This document shows positions 52,533 through 62,577 of a stretch of 64,000 nucleotides of DNA, piece by piece. The stretch is taken from assembly GCA_040217195.1 (NCBI GenBank), contig JAVJNR010000008.1, positions 480,001 to 544,000 on the forward strand. Reading direction: 5' to 3'. Origin of the DNA: Leptospiraceae bacterium. Lineage in GTDB: Bacteria > Spirochaetota > Leptospiria > Leptospirales > Leptonemataceae. Numbering within the stretch: position 1 is the first letter of the stretch; each line of letters starts with the position of its first letter. The notes beneath the pieces are model-generated. The model made no database searches and was not told the DNA's origin. It saw only the letters and a program-made list of their open reading frames with translations. The position numbers and the translations under genes are program-made.

Positions 52533-54465
52533 AGTAGATCTCAGCGGGATTTATCCGAAAGGCACTGCACCTGTAATCAAGCTTGCCGATGCAAAGGAAC
52601 TGCAGGATCGACTTTCCTCCTATTTTGAACCAGAATCTCTGTTGCCACTCTATACCGGCATCCTGGCTCTGCGAAGAGATAATCCGAAAGACTGGAAAAA
52701 CCTGAGAGAGAGCCTGCAACTTCGCTTTGTACCCGATCAAGAATCAGCTTCAGGCGCATGGCTGGATCTAATGTTTCTTCTCTACCTGGACCGGCATGTG
52801 GATTCTGATGCACTGGATTATTATTCAAGAGCTCTGCAAAGAGGCCTCCGTCCAGACCTGATTTCCACTCTTATCGCTCGCAGCTGCGATTTGCCTGCAA
52901 AAAGGCCCACTCTAGTTCGTAGCTTGAATGCACGTATTCGGCTGGCAATCTTGAAATGGATAGCTTTGCTCCCAGGCTCCGAACAAGAAATAGAGCAAAA
53001 AGGGAGCCTTACCGCCGGGCAGGACTCAAAGAAAAATCCCGGGGCAGGACAGGAGCCCGGGAAAAACCGCAATCCTGGCCCGGAGCCCCCCCGAAATGAG
53101 GATCAGACGCCAGGCAGCACTGAAATGGACGATGGCCTGATTCCTCAGGATAGAGCTGCCGGGACAGAAAGGCAGGCACCCGTAGAGAACGGAGCAGGAA
53201 AACAGAATTACAGCAGGCCTACTCTTGGATTTGTCATTCCAAGGTTTGGAGAGGGATTCGCCGGTGGCATTGAGTATCTGGCGCGAAAAGTTACGGAACT
53301 CCTGGAATCCGAATTCAACATCCGAATCTATACTACATGTGCCAGTAACTATCTGACCTGGGCGAACGAACTGGCAGTCGGAACTTTTTATTCAGGGAAC
53401 GTTCAGATAAACCGCTTCGAAGTGGATCATGAGCGAAACCTTCCTGAATTTGTGAGCGCTGAAAAAAATCTTAAGCTTAGATTATCCGATTCCAATGCCA
53501 GCAAGAAAGAACTGGAAACCCTCACGCAACAATGGATAGAAGCCCAGGGCCCCATCAGCCGTACTCTGGAAGAAACTCTGTTAAAGGATGCACGGTCCGA
53601 TTTGGATGCCGTTCTATTCTACACCATCCAGTACAGTTCCACCCTCAGGTTGCTCAGTAAAGTGCGAAGCCTGGTGCCTGTTGGCCTGGTTCCAGCTGCC
53701 CATCCTGATTGGACTCTTTCCATTCCTTATTTGATCCACTGCCTGCAGGCAGCCGATCTATGGATTACCAGTACTCCTGAGGAAGAATCCCTCCTTCGAG
53801 CAAAGTTGGATGGTATGGGCAACCAGAACTCAACAGGCACTCCTCCGGCATTAGGCACTCCTCCGGCATTACCGGGAGGACTACCTGTTCGGCTGCCCGG
53901 AAAAAGACCGCAAATGCAGCCGGTGCATGGATTGGAGGGGCAGCAATTTCTATTATTTGTAGGTCGTCTGGATGTGTCCAAAGGAGTGGATGAGCTGATT
54001 GAGTATTTTCTGATCTACAAATCTGATAAGAACCGCGATCCGGGGCTGAAGCTAGTTCTAGCAGGAAATGCGGCCATGGCCATTCCGGAACATCCGGATA
54101 TTGTGATGACCGGTTTTGTAAGTGATGCAGAGCTGGAATGGCTTTATGCCCATGCCCGAGCTCTGGTCAATCCATCCCATTACGAAAGTCTTTCCATTGT
54201 TCTACTGGAAGCCTGGGCCAGAGGATTGCCTACTATTTCCAGCGGTCAGAGCGCTGTTATGGAAGGCCAGACTGCCAGAAGCCAGTGTGGCTTTTGTTAT
54301 CGCAACCGGGAGGAATTCTTTCTGGCCGTTCAATCGATTACCGATCTTTCAGACGTTTCCCGAAAGGGCCCATCTTTCATCTCTGAAAATTACAATTCAG
54401 AAGTGATCCGGCAAAACTACACTTCCGCCCTACAGAAATTGATTACTTCCAGGAATGATATGTAA
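52507..54465 (+). CDS. GT4-family glycosyltransferase with N-terminal DUF4214-like domain
   Basis: FVIPRFG..GGIE, FVGRLDVSKG, PSHYESLSIVLLEAWARGLP. TTG at 52507 follows GGAG; start uncertain. Confidence 0.85.
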   Translation: MKSDLYRTEVDLSGIYPKGTAPVIKLADAKELQDRLSSYFEPESLLPLYTGILALRRDNPKDWKNLRESLQLRFVPDQESASGAWLDLMFLLYLDRHVDSDALDYYSRALQRGLRPDLISTLIARSCDLPAKRPTLVRSLNARIRLAILKWIALLPGSEQEIEQKGSLTAGQDSKKNPGAGQEPGKNRNPGPEPPRNEDQTPGSTEMDDGLIPQDRAAGTERQAPVENGAGKQNYSRPTLGFVIPRFGEGFAGGIEYLARKVTELLESEFNIRIYTTCASNYLTWANELAVGTFYSGNVQINRFEVDHERNLPEFVSAEKNLKLRLSDSNASKKELETLTQQWIEAQGPISRTLEETLLKDARSDLDAVLFYTIQYSSTLRLLSKVRSLVPVGLVPAAHPDWTLSIPYLIHCLQAADLWITSTPEEESLLRAKLDGMGNQNSTGTPPALGTPPALPGGLPVRLPGKRPQMQPVHGLEGQQFLLFVGRLDVSKGVDELIEYFLIYKSDKNRDPGLKLVLAGNAAMAIPEHPDIVMTGFVSDAELEWLYAHARALVNPSHYESLSIVLLEAWARGLPTISSGQSAVMEGQTARSQCGFCYRNREEFFLAVQSITDLSDVSRKGPSFISENYNSEVIRQNYTSALQKLITSRNDM

Positions 54466-54847
54466 GAGCCAATCGAATGAATTTCCTGACGGATTGCTCA
54501 TCTTTCTTGCGAAGTGGATGAGAATCGTTGAATCTGAGGCCCCGGCTACCATCGTAATGAAGGCCTGATAAGCCACTTGCCCGAGCGCGTTCCACGACTC
54601 TGGACTGGCAATGCACTCGAACGAAATACTCCTGGTCCTTGTGTTCCAGTCTAACAGTGGTCCCTTTTCCTGAACGGGCCATATAGGAAGGAGCATTCCA
54701 TTTCAACGTCTCAGACACTCCTCCAATGGGCTCCTCCCTGGCTACATCAAGAATCAACTCCCGAAGCCTATTTATGCTTCGCTGCACGTCTGGCGGGGCA
54801 GTTTCCAACCTCTTTTTGATCTGTGCAGGTATGGACTCTCGTTTCAT
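54443..54847 (-). CDS. DUF1801-family protein
   Basis: LRELILDVA...VSETLKWNAPSY..SGKGTTVRL...VHCQS...ALTYH. Confidence 0.8.
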   Translation of the reverse strand: MKRESIPAQIKKRLETAPPDVQRSINRLRELILDVAREEPIGGVSETLKWNAPSYMARSGKGTTVRLEHKDQEYFVRVHCQSRVVERARASGLSGLHYDGSRGLRFNDSHPLRKKDEQSVRKFIRLALTYHSWK

Positions 54848-54909
54848 GGTATTAAAATCTAAAAATCCGGTGCCGTGAATTGAAGCCCCAATGGCTGGCT
54901 GCTTGGTGT

Positions 54910-55887
54910 CTACAGCCGGAGCTTACGCTCATCCAGAGAGCGTAATTCCTCTTCGCTATAACGTGAGCTGGAACTTTCAGTGGATTCTGCAACAGCTTCC
55001 CTATGGTTACATTGAAAACAGATCAGATCCTCCGTGCCCAGGGTTTCGAGCTCATAGTTTTCCAGGGTTTCCGCTTCCAATTGCTCGAGCCGGCTCTCCG
55101 GAAACATTGGCTGTCCGCATTTTGGACAGGGCTTCACTCGCCCCTGCTTTTCCTTCGAATCAATGCTAAAACGATCATCGAAAACAAAGCATTCCCCCTG
55201 CCAGAAGCCATCTGGATACTTCTTTAGATAGTTGATGATTCCGCCTTCTATTTGAAATACATTTTCATAGCCTTTGCTTCGCATGAAAGGAACAACCTTT
55301 TCACATCGAATGCCTCCGGTGCAGAATGTTACCAGAGTCTTATCCTTGAACTTATTCAGTATTTCATATTTTTCACGAAAATCGGAGAATTTCTCCAAGG
55401 GCATTCTATAGGCTCCTTTGAACGAGCCTACCAGGGATTCAAAATCATTTCGCACATCAATGGGAACCACCTGGCCGGATTGCATCAACCGATGAAATTC
55501 CTCTGGAGTCAGAAATCTTCCCTGATTGGCATTCCAGTCTATGGGTTCACCAAAGGTAATAATCTCCGCTTTTACTTTTAATCGAAGCCGGCGAAATACA
55601 TAGTGGTCTCGATTGGTTCTCTGTCTTTTTATCTCTGCACCCTTCAAAAATGCAAACTCCGAGGTTGCCAGCATTTCTTCGACAAATGCATCCAGGGCTT
55701 CCGGCAGGCCACAAAACCCGCAATTGATGCCTTCCGGTGCAATCAATACGGTACCGTGCAAACCATGATTCTCTGCAATACTGAGTAGAGCGGTGCCCAG
55801 TTCTTCGGGCTGTGCAATGGAAGCAAACCGATAGAAATTGATTACATCACCGGTGCGGCCTTCCGGGTATTTCTTGCGTCGGGGCAT
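54910..55887 (-). CDS. trhO: Rhodanese-related tRNA U34 hydroxylase (TrhO/YceA family)
   Basis: FYRF, GTVLIAPEGIN, IDVRNDFE, FCTGGIRCEK, GGIINY, WQGECFVFDDR. Confidence 0.9.
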   Translation of the reverse strand: MPRRKKYPEGRTGDVINFYRFASIAQPEELGTALLSIAENHGLHGTVLIAPEGINCGFCGLPEALDAFVEEMLATSEFAFLKGAEIKRQRTNRDHYVFRRLRLKVKAEIITFGEPIDWNANQGRFLTPEEFHRLMQSGQVVPIDVRNDFESLVGSFKGAYRMPLEKFSDFREKYEILNKFKDKTLVTFCTGGIRCEKVVPFMRSKGYENVFQIEGGIINYLKKYPDGFWQGECFVFDDRFSIDSKEKQGRVKPCPKCGQPMFPESRLEQLEAETLENYELETLGTEDLICFQCNHREAVAESTESSSSRYSEEELRSLDERKLRL

Positions 55888-56071
55888 ACATCCAGCGAAG
55901 CGAATGTGCATGGTAGGGCAAGCGGAAAACCGCAATCAGGAAAATCGATGCGGTTTTGCCAGAGCCTGAGCTGAGTGGCTTACAGGCCACTGACGTCCAG
56001 GCCGGGCGCCCGAAAAAATGGGTCTGCAGGATGCAGGGCCCCGGGCGCCGCGGTCACGTTTTCAGTTCAGC

Positions 56072-57229
56072 TCAAGGACCGGAACTCAGTCGGATTTCCG
56101 ATATTGCTGCATCCTCCCACTTGGAGCCCTTACTAACTCCGGTCACTTCCAGCCGGATAGCAGAGACACCGTTGCAGGAGCCCACATGTTGATAGTCCAT
56201 GATATTATCTTCCAGATTCGCGGACCTGGAAGTAGAGTCATGAGGATTGAAGCAAACCAGGTTCACATTCGTAATCCTGTTATTCTGATTATACAGTTCT
56301 TCCGATTTAGCGAATCCATTTACCAGTTCTACATTCACATAGTCGTAGGTACGATCGAATGTAATGGTCATGGACTCACCAACTCCGCCATTCTTGCTGG
56401 TCTGCCATGATGTTGAGAACGAACCGTCAAAAGCCTGCTCTGGAGAATACACATGCTCCCGACCTACAACATCGCTGTCTACCCAGCTAGTGGCATCGAG
56501 AGTGGCGGTGCCAAATCCTTGAATAGCAACCTCTGGCTGGACTTTTACATCTCCCTGGCCTACGGTTTCTCTGAGGACCCAGTGTTCCTGACCTTTCCAG
56601 ATGTTGAATTTAACAAAATCCCCTTCTTCATCCACCTGATAGCCTTTCTTTCCCACGGGCAGAGTTCCCACAGTTCGACGATTGCGATCCGGTCGGTCAT
56701 AAATCTTGGTTTCGTTTAGAGCCGTCAGGATGATCTTTTCTCCGATGAAAATATCTCCGGAAGGAACCCAGGCTACCTCATCAAGTCCGGCAATTCCAAC
56801 CTGGGAATACTTTTTACCGTCCACTTCCTTTTCTCGAATGAGCCGAAAAGACTCCCCTCGGGCCAGTCGGGCCACCGCTTTGCGTTCTTCGGTGCCAGGC
56901 TTGTCATAGGCCACGGTAGGTATGATGGCAAATCCAGGAACGGCCAGCTTTCCTTTCTTATCCGAAATCTGAATTGCACTATCCGGAATCCAGCCTTTCG
57001 TGTCGCCGGACATCTTAATCTGAACCAATTTCTCGCCACCGATTTCACGGGAATCTGTGACCGTTACTTCCTCACCCGGACGTACTTTTCCAATGGTCTC
57101 AGGATGTGCAAGCTCCGGATCATCGATTACTGAAGCGGACTCGAGTACAATTCCTCTCTGACCATCACCACACTGGAGGGCCAATGCCAGCAGGCAGAGT
57201 ACCGGTACGATTTTCCAATTCTTTCTCAT
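56072..57229 (-). CDS. Lipoprotein with SH3-like repeats and C-terminal discoidin/NADase-type glycan-binding domain
   Basis: LALQC lipobox; repeated KGWIP/AWVP/HWV SH3-like ends; YSPEQAFDGSFSTSW..NGFAKSEELYNQNNR. Confidence 0.72.
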   Translation of the reverse strand: MRKNWKIVPVLCLLALALQCGDGQRGIVLESASVIDDPELAHPETIGKVRPGEEVTVTDSREIGGEKLVQIKMSGDTKGWIPDSAIQISDKKGKLAVPGFAIIPTVAYDKPGTEERKAVARLARGESFRLIREKEVDGKKYSQVGIAGLDEVAWVPSGDIFIGEKIILTALNETKIYDRPDRNRRTVGTLPVGKKGYQVDEEGDFVKFNIWKGQEHWVLRETVGQGDVKVQPEVAIQGFGTATLDATSWVDSDVVGREHVYSPEQAFDGSFSTSWQTSKNGGVGESMTITFDRTYDYVNVELVNGFAKSEELYNQNNRITNVNLVCFNPHDSTSRSANLEDNIMDYQHVGSCNGVSAIRLEVTGVSKGSKWEDAAISEIRLSSGP

Positions 57230-57351
57230 TTAAACTCCCCTAATATTCGCATTGCTGCTTAGTTTTTTTATTCCTACATACATTTCTGTCTCTGGAACAA
57301 TCTCAAATTCTGTAAGATTGATGACTCATTTCTATTCAAGCATTTGCAGAT

Positions 57352-58545
57352 CTATCGCAGACTGAGCACCGAGATCTTATTGTCAGCCGCGACATAGAGT
57401 TTGAGTGACCGGGAATCGAATGCCAACGCATCTACCTCATCGTCGGCCAGCCCCTGTTCGGCGGTAAAACTGGACCATCCGGTGCCCTGGTCCGTGCTAA
57501 AAGAAATGCCGTTATCGGTGGCCACAAGTACCATAGTCCCAACTGCAATGATATCGTTTACGCTACCGCTCTCAAAATGCCGGTAGCCGGACTCATTGAG
57601 TAAGTGGATGCCATCGTCGCCGCCGGCCCAGACACTTCCATCGGAAGAACAGGCGAGCGCCGGAGAATCCTCTATCTCATCGGATGAGTCCAGCCTACTT
57701 AACTGTCCGGGAGCGCTGCGAAGAGCCCGGGCAACACCATCTTCGAAGGATACCCAGAAACTTACCGAACCTGCACTTCCAGAACAAACAGCCAGCGCCA
57801 GAGCATCACCGCCTGGATCATATCCACTAAGAGGCTTCCAGGATTTACCGGCATCCTCGGTCATTACGGAACCTTCTTCTGTGAGCGCCAACCAGCGAGC
57901 AGAGCTCAATATTGCTACATCCTTTACTTCATTGGAAGGCAGGCCGTTGGATGCTCGGAAGCGGCTCCAGGTTTGCCCTCCATTATGACTGATCCAGAAC
58001 CCGGAGCCCTCGCCCTCGGTAGACCCCAGGGCGATTCCGTTGCTACCCGATGTATGGATGGCATCAATGGTTCCGATTTTCTGGCCCAGCACTGTAGGCT
58101 CCAGGGTCTGCCAGATTGCACCGCCGTCTTTGGAGATACTCAATGAATTATTATGCACAACATAGATAGTGCCGTCCAGGGATACCTCTAACATGCGAAT
58201 TTCCGAGTTTCCCACAGGTCCAATCTGTCGGTCCAGATTCAGACTCTTTCCGCCAGGGGCTACCTCCAGGCCCAGATAGGTCCCAAATACCCAGCCCTGT
58301 TTTCCCGTTCTTTCATGAATGATTTTATACCAGTAGTTAGACTTTCCATCCGCCTGGCTCATTTCATTGCGGCGTTTAATGACAGAAACCCTGTCATTTT
58401 TTTTCATCACAGTGACTACATCTCCGTTCACAGTGGGCACTCCCCGCAGATTTACATAATCTCCCAGGATTCGGGCCTTCTGGCCGGAGGGATTGGCCCA
58501 GAGCGGGAAACAGGACAGAACAAATAGAAGAGCAATCTTTCGCAT
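57352..58545 (-). CDS. Secreted SH3b plus BNR/Asp-box beta-propeller protein
   Basis: Signal peptide; VNLRGVP..WYKI..QGWVFGTYL; Asp boxes SKDGGAIW, SHNGGQTW, TEDAGKSW, STDQGTGW. Confidence 0.82.
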   Translation of the reverse strand: MRKIALLFVLSCFPLWANPSGQKARILGDYVNLRGVPTVNGDVVTVMKKNDRVSVIKRRNEMSQADGKSNYWYKIIHERTGKQGWVFGTYLGLEVAPGGKSLNLDRQIGPVGNSEIRMLEVSLDGTIYVVHNNSLSISKDGGAIWQTLEPTVLGQKIGTIDAIHTSGSNGIALGSTEGEGSGFWISHNGGQTWSRFRASNGLPSNEVKDVAILSSARWLALTEEGSVMTEDAGKSWKPLSGYDPGGDALALAVCSGSAGSVSFWVSFEDGVARALRSAPGQLSRLDSSDEIEDSPALACSSDGSVWAGGDDGIHLLNESGYRHFESGSVNDIIAVGTMVLVATDNGISFSTDQGTGWSSFTAEQGLADDEVDALAFDSRSLKLYVAADNKISVLSLR

Positions 58546-58751
58546 CGGTGCATCGTATAGTATCTTGAATGTCAGTCAATCAACTTAGGCGGCTTCGCCC
58601 ATACATTTGATATTCAACCCGGCCAAACCAGAAAAGAGCTTCCAGGGACCAGAGAGCAGCCTCCAGGATCGAAAAGAACAGATTTAATCCGGGATTTTCA
58701 GGTTGAAAGTTAGCTCAATGGAGTTAGCCTCTGGCTTTTTATGGAGAGACG

Positions 58752-59978
58752 ATGATTCTAAAGCTAACCATTCGACCCGGGGACACCGAGGATGATATTC
58801 GAGATAAGCAACTGTTTGTTCCCATGCTGGCAGCCGCGGTGGGCCTGAGCGTTGTGGTGGCATCTATTCAGTACTACGTAATTAATAGTGGCTCTGCGAT
58901 AATTCCACTTGTTCTGGCCGGTGTTTTCTTTATCAATCTGCTGCTGCTCATTGCCACTGGCAGTATTGCACTTTGTCATAACATTGCCTTTCTTGCCCTG
59001 CTCACCCTACCGGCGCTGGATCAGTGGGCCCTGGGCGGATTTGTAGCCACAGGGGGACTGGCTATATGGGGTATGGGAGGGCCTTTTGGAGGAATGATCT
59101 TTCGAAGTCTTCCTGAAGCTATGATCCAGTTTGTCCTCTATTTGATAGTTTTTGCTGTGGCAATCCTGGCTGAACAATGGTATCCATCTCCGTTTGCCGG
59201 TGTTCCAAAAGAGGCCTCTGTGTTTCTTCTAATTGGAAACCTGGCTGCATTTATGGGCTACATAATGGTGAACGTGATGCATTTTCGGATGCAGCGGGAT
59301 GAAGCTCAAAACGCCCTGAGAGAGCAGCACTCTCTTCTCCAGGAGGAAAAACATCGGTCCGAAAACCTGCTTTTAAATGTGCTACCGGCCCGGATCGCAG
59401 ACCGATTAAAAGCAGAGCCCGGGCCCATAGCCGAGGGCTTTGACGATGTATGTATTATCTTTGCCGATATTGCAAATTTCACTCCTCTGGCATCCAAAAT
59501 GGAACCCACCAGACTTGTGGGCATACTGAATGAAATCTTTTCTAGATTCGATGACATTGCAGAACAGTACGGACTGGAGAAAATCAAAACCCTGGGCGAT
59601 GCTTACATGGCAGCTGCCGGTTTGCCGGAAAAGGTAGATCGCCCGGCCCAGAGATGCGCTGAAGCAGCCCTGGCCATGCAGAGTACGCTGCGCACGATCC
59701 ACATCCCGGAAGCACCGGACATTCAATTGCGTATTGGTATTCATTCCGGCCCGGTGGTAGCCGGAGTGATAGGACGAAAGAAGTTCATTTATGATCTATG
59801 GGGCGATGCAGTGAATACAGCCAGTCGAATGGAATCCCATGGAAATGCCGGGCACATCCACATTAGCGCGGAAGCGTCTCGTCTTCTGGACGATGAATTC
59901 GTTCTTCAGGCCAGAGGACAGATCGATATTAAAGGAAAGGGTCTGATGCCCACATATTTCCTTCTGAGTAAGAAGTGA
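58752..59978 (+). CDS. Membrane-bound class III adenylate cyclase
   Basis: About six TM helices, LLLNVLP, FADIANFT, KIKTLGDAYM, YDLWGDAVNTASRMES. The Lys/Asp specificity pair points to ATP. Confidence 0.93.
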   Translation: MILKLTIRPGDTEDDIRDKQLFVPMLAAAVGLSVVVASIQYYVINSGSAIIPLVLAGVFFINLLLLIATGSIALCHNIAFLALLTLPALDQWALGGFVATGGLAIWGMGGPFGGMIFRSLPEAMIQFVLYLIVFAVAILAEQWYPSPFAGVPKEASVFLLIGNLAAFMGYIMVNVMHFRMQRDEAQNALREQHSLLQEEKHRSENLLLNVLPARIADRLKAEPGPIAEGFDDVCIIFADIANFTPLASKMEPTRLVGILNEIFSRFDDIAEQYGLEKIKTLGDAYMAAAGLPEKVDRPAQRCAEAALAMQSTLRTIHIPEAPDIQLRIGIHSGPVVAGVIGRKKFIYDLWGDAVNTASRMESHGNAGHIHISAEASRLLDDEFVLQARGQIDIKGKGLMPTYFLLSKK

Positions 59979-60218
59979 GTTGTGTTAATCGTTTCTGTGC
60001 GGCCGGTAGAAACCTGTGGTTCCCAAATATGATGGATTCTCCCTATTCTCATGAATAATTCGGCCTGATCCCTGGGCTCAGAACTCAACGTCCATGCCGC
60101 TTCGAATTCAACCAGACCTCATGAAACTGGCCAATACGCTACATCGAAGTTCTACCAGACCGAGAATGATCCTCTGCAGTGAACCTGGAAACCCGATTGA
60201 AAGCTTCCTCTCAGGCGC

Positions 60219-61097
60219 TTACTGTTCTACCGGCGGGAAAGATTGCAAATAGAGCCATAAAGCGTCCAACTCCACGTCCGTCATCTGGCTAAACGACGGC
60301 CACGGCATAGTGCGATCGAGCACTCGACCATCCGGACGTACCCCCTGCCGCATGGCTCTGAAAAACTCCTCTTTGCTCCATTTACCAATACCGTACTTTC
60401 TGTCGAAGGTGATGTTGGGTGCCCGAGGAGTACCCGGTGCTTCGCCCATCATCTTTTGCCCTCCAAGATCTACTCCGTGGCAATGGTGGCATCCCCGGGA
60501 TAGATATCGACCAAACTCTTCCGTTGGCTCCGCTTTCACAACCTTCGACGGATTGATGGCATGATTTATCCGCTCTACGGGTAGTGCACCAGGTAACCCG
60601 AGGGCGACCAGAAGAATGGGGCCCGGTCCAAGTTCGGTTCCGGGTAGTTCCTTATCTACCGCAGGAAGGGTGTTAATATAGGAAATGATCTTTGCGAGTT
60701 CGTCATCGCTCAAATGAGCGTATTCATTGGATGGCATGAAGGCCAGTGGTCTGCCGTCCTCTCCCACTCCATGCCGCACAGCCCGCACGATTTCAGCCGC
60801 TGTGGGTCTTCGGCTGCCGGCACCGCCCGTCAAATTCGGAACGACAAGGCGACCAATGAGAAAGCTTTCCCCGGTGATTTTACCCTCGAAGCCGCTCATA
60901 TGGCAATCAATACATTGCCTGGCAGAGTAAAGTCTCTTTCCTTCGGCCACCGATATGGCATCTGCGGGAATCTCGATATTATCCGCCGGAAAATCGTACA
61001 CCCGATGCATTCGCCAATAAGCAGTTCCATAAAGCGCCGCAGCCGCAATCAGTAGCACCGCGGCCGAACCCAGGATGATAGTTTGCAACGTTTTCAT
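60219..61097 (-). CDS. Membrane-anchored diheme c-type cytochrome
   Basis: Two CxxCH motifs (CIDCH, CHHCH), each followed by PN(L/I)T and a distal MP. Confidence 0.9.
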   Translation of the reverse strand: MKTLQTIILGSAAVLLIAAAALYGTAYWRMHRVYDFPADNIEIPADAISVAEGKRLYSARQCIDCHMSGFEGKITGESFLIGRLVVPNLTGGAGSRRPTAAEIVRAVRHGVGEDGRPLAFMPSNEYAHLSDDELAKIISYINTLPAVDKELPGTELGPGPILLVALGLPGALPVERINHAINPSKVVKAEPTEEFGRYLSRGCHHCHGVDLGGQKMMGEAPGTPRAPNITFDRKYGIGKWSKEEFFRAMRQGVRPDGRVLDRTMPWPSFSQMTDVELDALWLYLQSFPPVEQ

Positions 61098-61391
61098 TCA
61101 CATACCTTGATAAAGAATCCCTCGCGGATGTTCTCTTCGGCATCGCCAGTCAGGGGCCGTCATTGGCAACCGCCTCCGAAAAAAACGAAACTCCCGGCCT
61201 GGCGCCACCGAGTAATAGGCTCTCCATTTCTCTGGTCAATCATTCTGCAAGTTCGCGAATTGGACGAATCAGTTAAGACCTATTGCTGCTTCGCTTCACC
61301 GCGTTGTCAGTGTAGCATAATGAAAAAATACCACCTGAAATCCACATAGAAAAAGGGAAAAGGGTACATCCAGAGCAGCAACAATGAACCC

Positions 61392-62567
61392 CTAGCGCCT
61401 GGCCCGAATAAGAATTCGAATCGGGGCCGGAAGCCCATCTTTTAAAAAACCGGGGCGATCAGCATCCAGAAATTCTTCCAGGACCGGAAGTCCTGTATCG
61501 GCATTCAATTCTGCGGAGTAGTCCCACTGCTTGAGAATTTCAATCTGGCGAAATCCGCTACGATGTAGATAGTTTTTTAGAGTGCCAGCATCCGGAACAT
61601 GCCAGATTCCTCGGGCCCCGGCATATTTTCCCGGCGGAAAAATGGCTCTTGGATAAGGAGCGGCCGGATCTTCCAATATGGCCATGGATTCTAGATACAG
61701 GACCCCACCTGTCTTTAATGATCCATGGATGGTACGTAATAGATCGATGGGATCGGTACGATGGTAGATCACTCCCCAGCATAGAATGGCATCAAAGGAT
61801 AATCCCGAAAGATCAGCCGTAGCCGGGGCGGTGTCCGAATCCTGGGCCGAAGTTTGCCTAATATTCACATCTTCGGGCTTTTCTCCACCAGACCTGAGCC
61901 CGGAGGCATTATAAGGTTTTTCAGTGCCGGCAGTTGATTTACCGAAGTCCCGGGCGGAAGTTCGATTAATATTCACATCTTCCGGCAGTTCTGCCCCCGC
62001 GTGGACACTGCTCCATCCGGATTCGTTGCATGCATTCGGATTCGAATTTAGTGCATCATGCGCGGCAGGAACAAAGCGAATCTTTCGAATGGGATGCTCC
62101 ATGCTGAGCATTTCCTGTAGGAATCTAAATTGTTGAAAAAAGGAAGGGGCCGGATCCATTCCGATCAGTCGGCCACCGGTCTTGATCTGGTGCAAACGAA
62201 GCAAGTAGTAACCATTGTTGCAGCCCAGATCCAGCACATCTCCATCCGTGATGGAAGAGTCTTCTCTCAGAAAGGGAAGGCAGTGCTGCCATTTGGCATC
62301 GCTGTTCCAGTGCGATGCGACTGGCTGCCCGAAAAATGAAAACGGCCCTTTTCTGTATGGTCCCAGCTCTTCTAGATAGTGATTCAGTTCATCCCGCTGC
62401 CGGGACGAAAGATTGGATTTCGATTCCAGGTTAGCTAATGGGCCGCTCTCTATAGAAGAGGAACCCTCCTGAGAAGGACCTACCTGAATGGTAGGTCCGA
62501 TCTCAAGAATACTGGTTTGAATGCTTTGAGCAAATTCCAGGGCTCGCTTGAACTTAACTTCATCCAC
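61392..62567 (-). CDS. cmoB: tRNA U34 carboxymethyltransferase CmoB-like, with internal insertion
   Basis: PYRKGPF, W.SDAKW, VLDLGCNNGYY, GMDP, GVIYHRTDP, GLPAPIR. Confidence 0.82.
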   Translation of the reverse strand: MDEVKFKRALEFAQSIQTSILEIGPTIQVGPSQEGSSSIESGPLANLESKSNLSSRQRDELNHYLEELGPYRKGPFSFFGQPVASHWNSDAKWQHCLPFLREDSSITDGDVLDLGCNNGYYLLRLHQIKTGGRLIGMDPAPSFFQQFRFLQEMLSMEHPIRKIRFVPAAHDALNSNPNACNESGWSSVHAGAELPEDVNINRTSARDFGKSTAGTEKPYNASGLRSGGEKPEDVNIRQTSAQDSDTAPATADLSGLSFDAILCWGVIYHRTDPIDLLRTIHGSLKTGGVLYLESMAILEDPAAPYPRAIFPPGKYAGARGIWHVPDAGTLKNYLHRSGFRQIEILKQWDYSAELNADTGLPVLEEFLDADRPGFLKDGLPAPIRILIRARR

Positions 62568-62577
62568 GCTGGATGTC

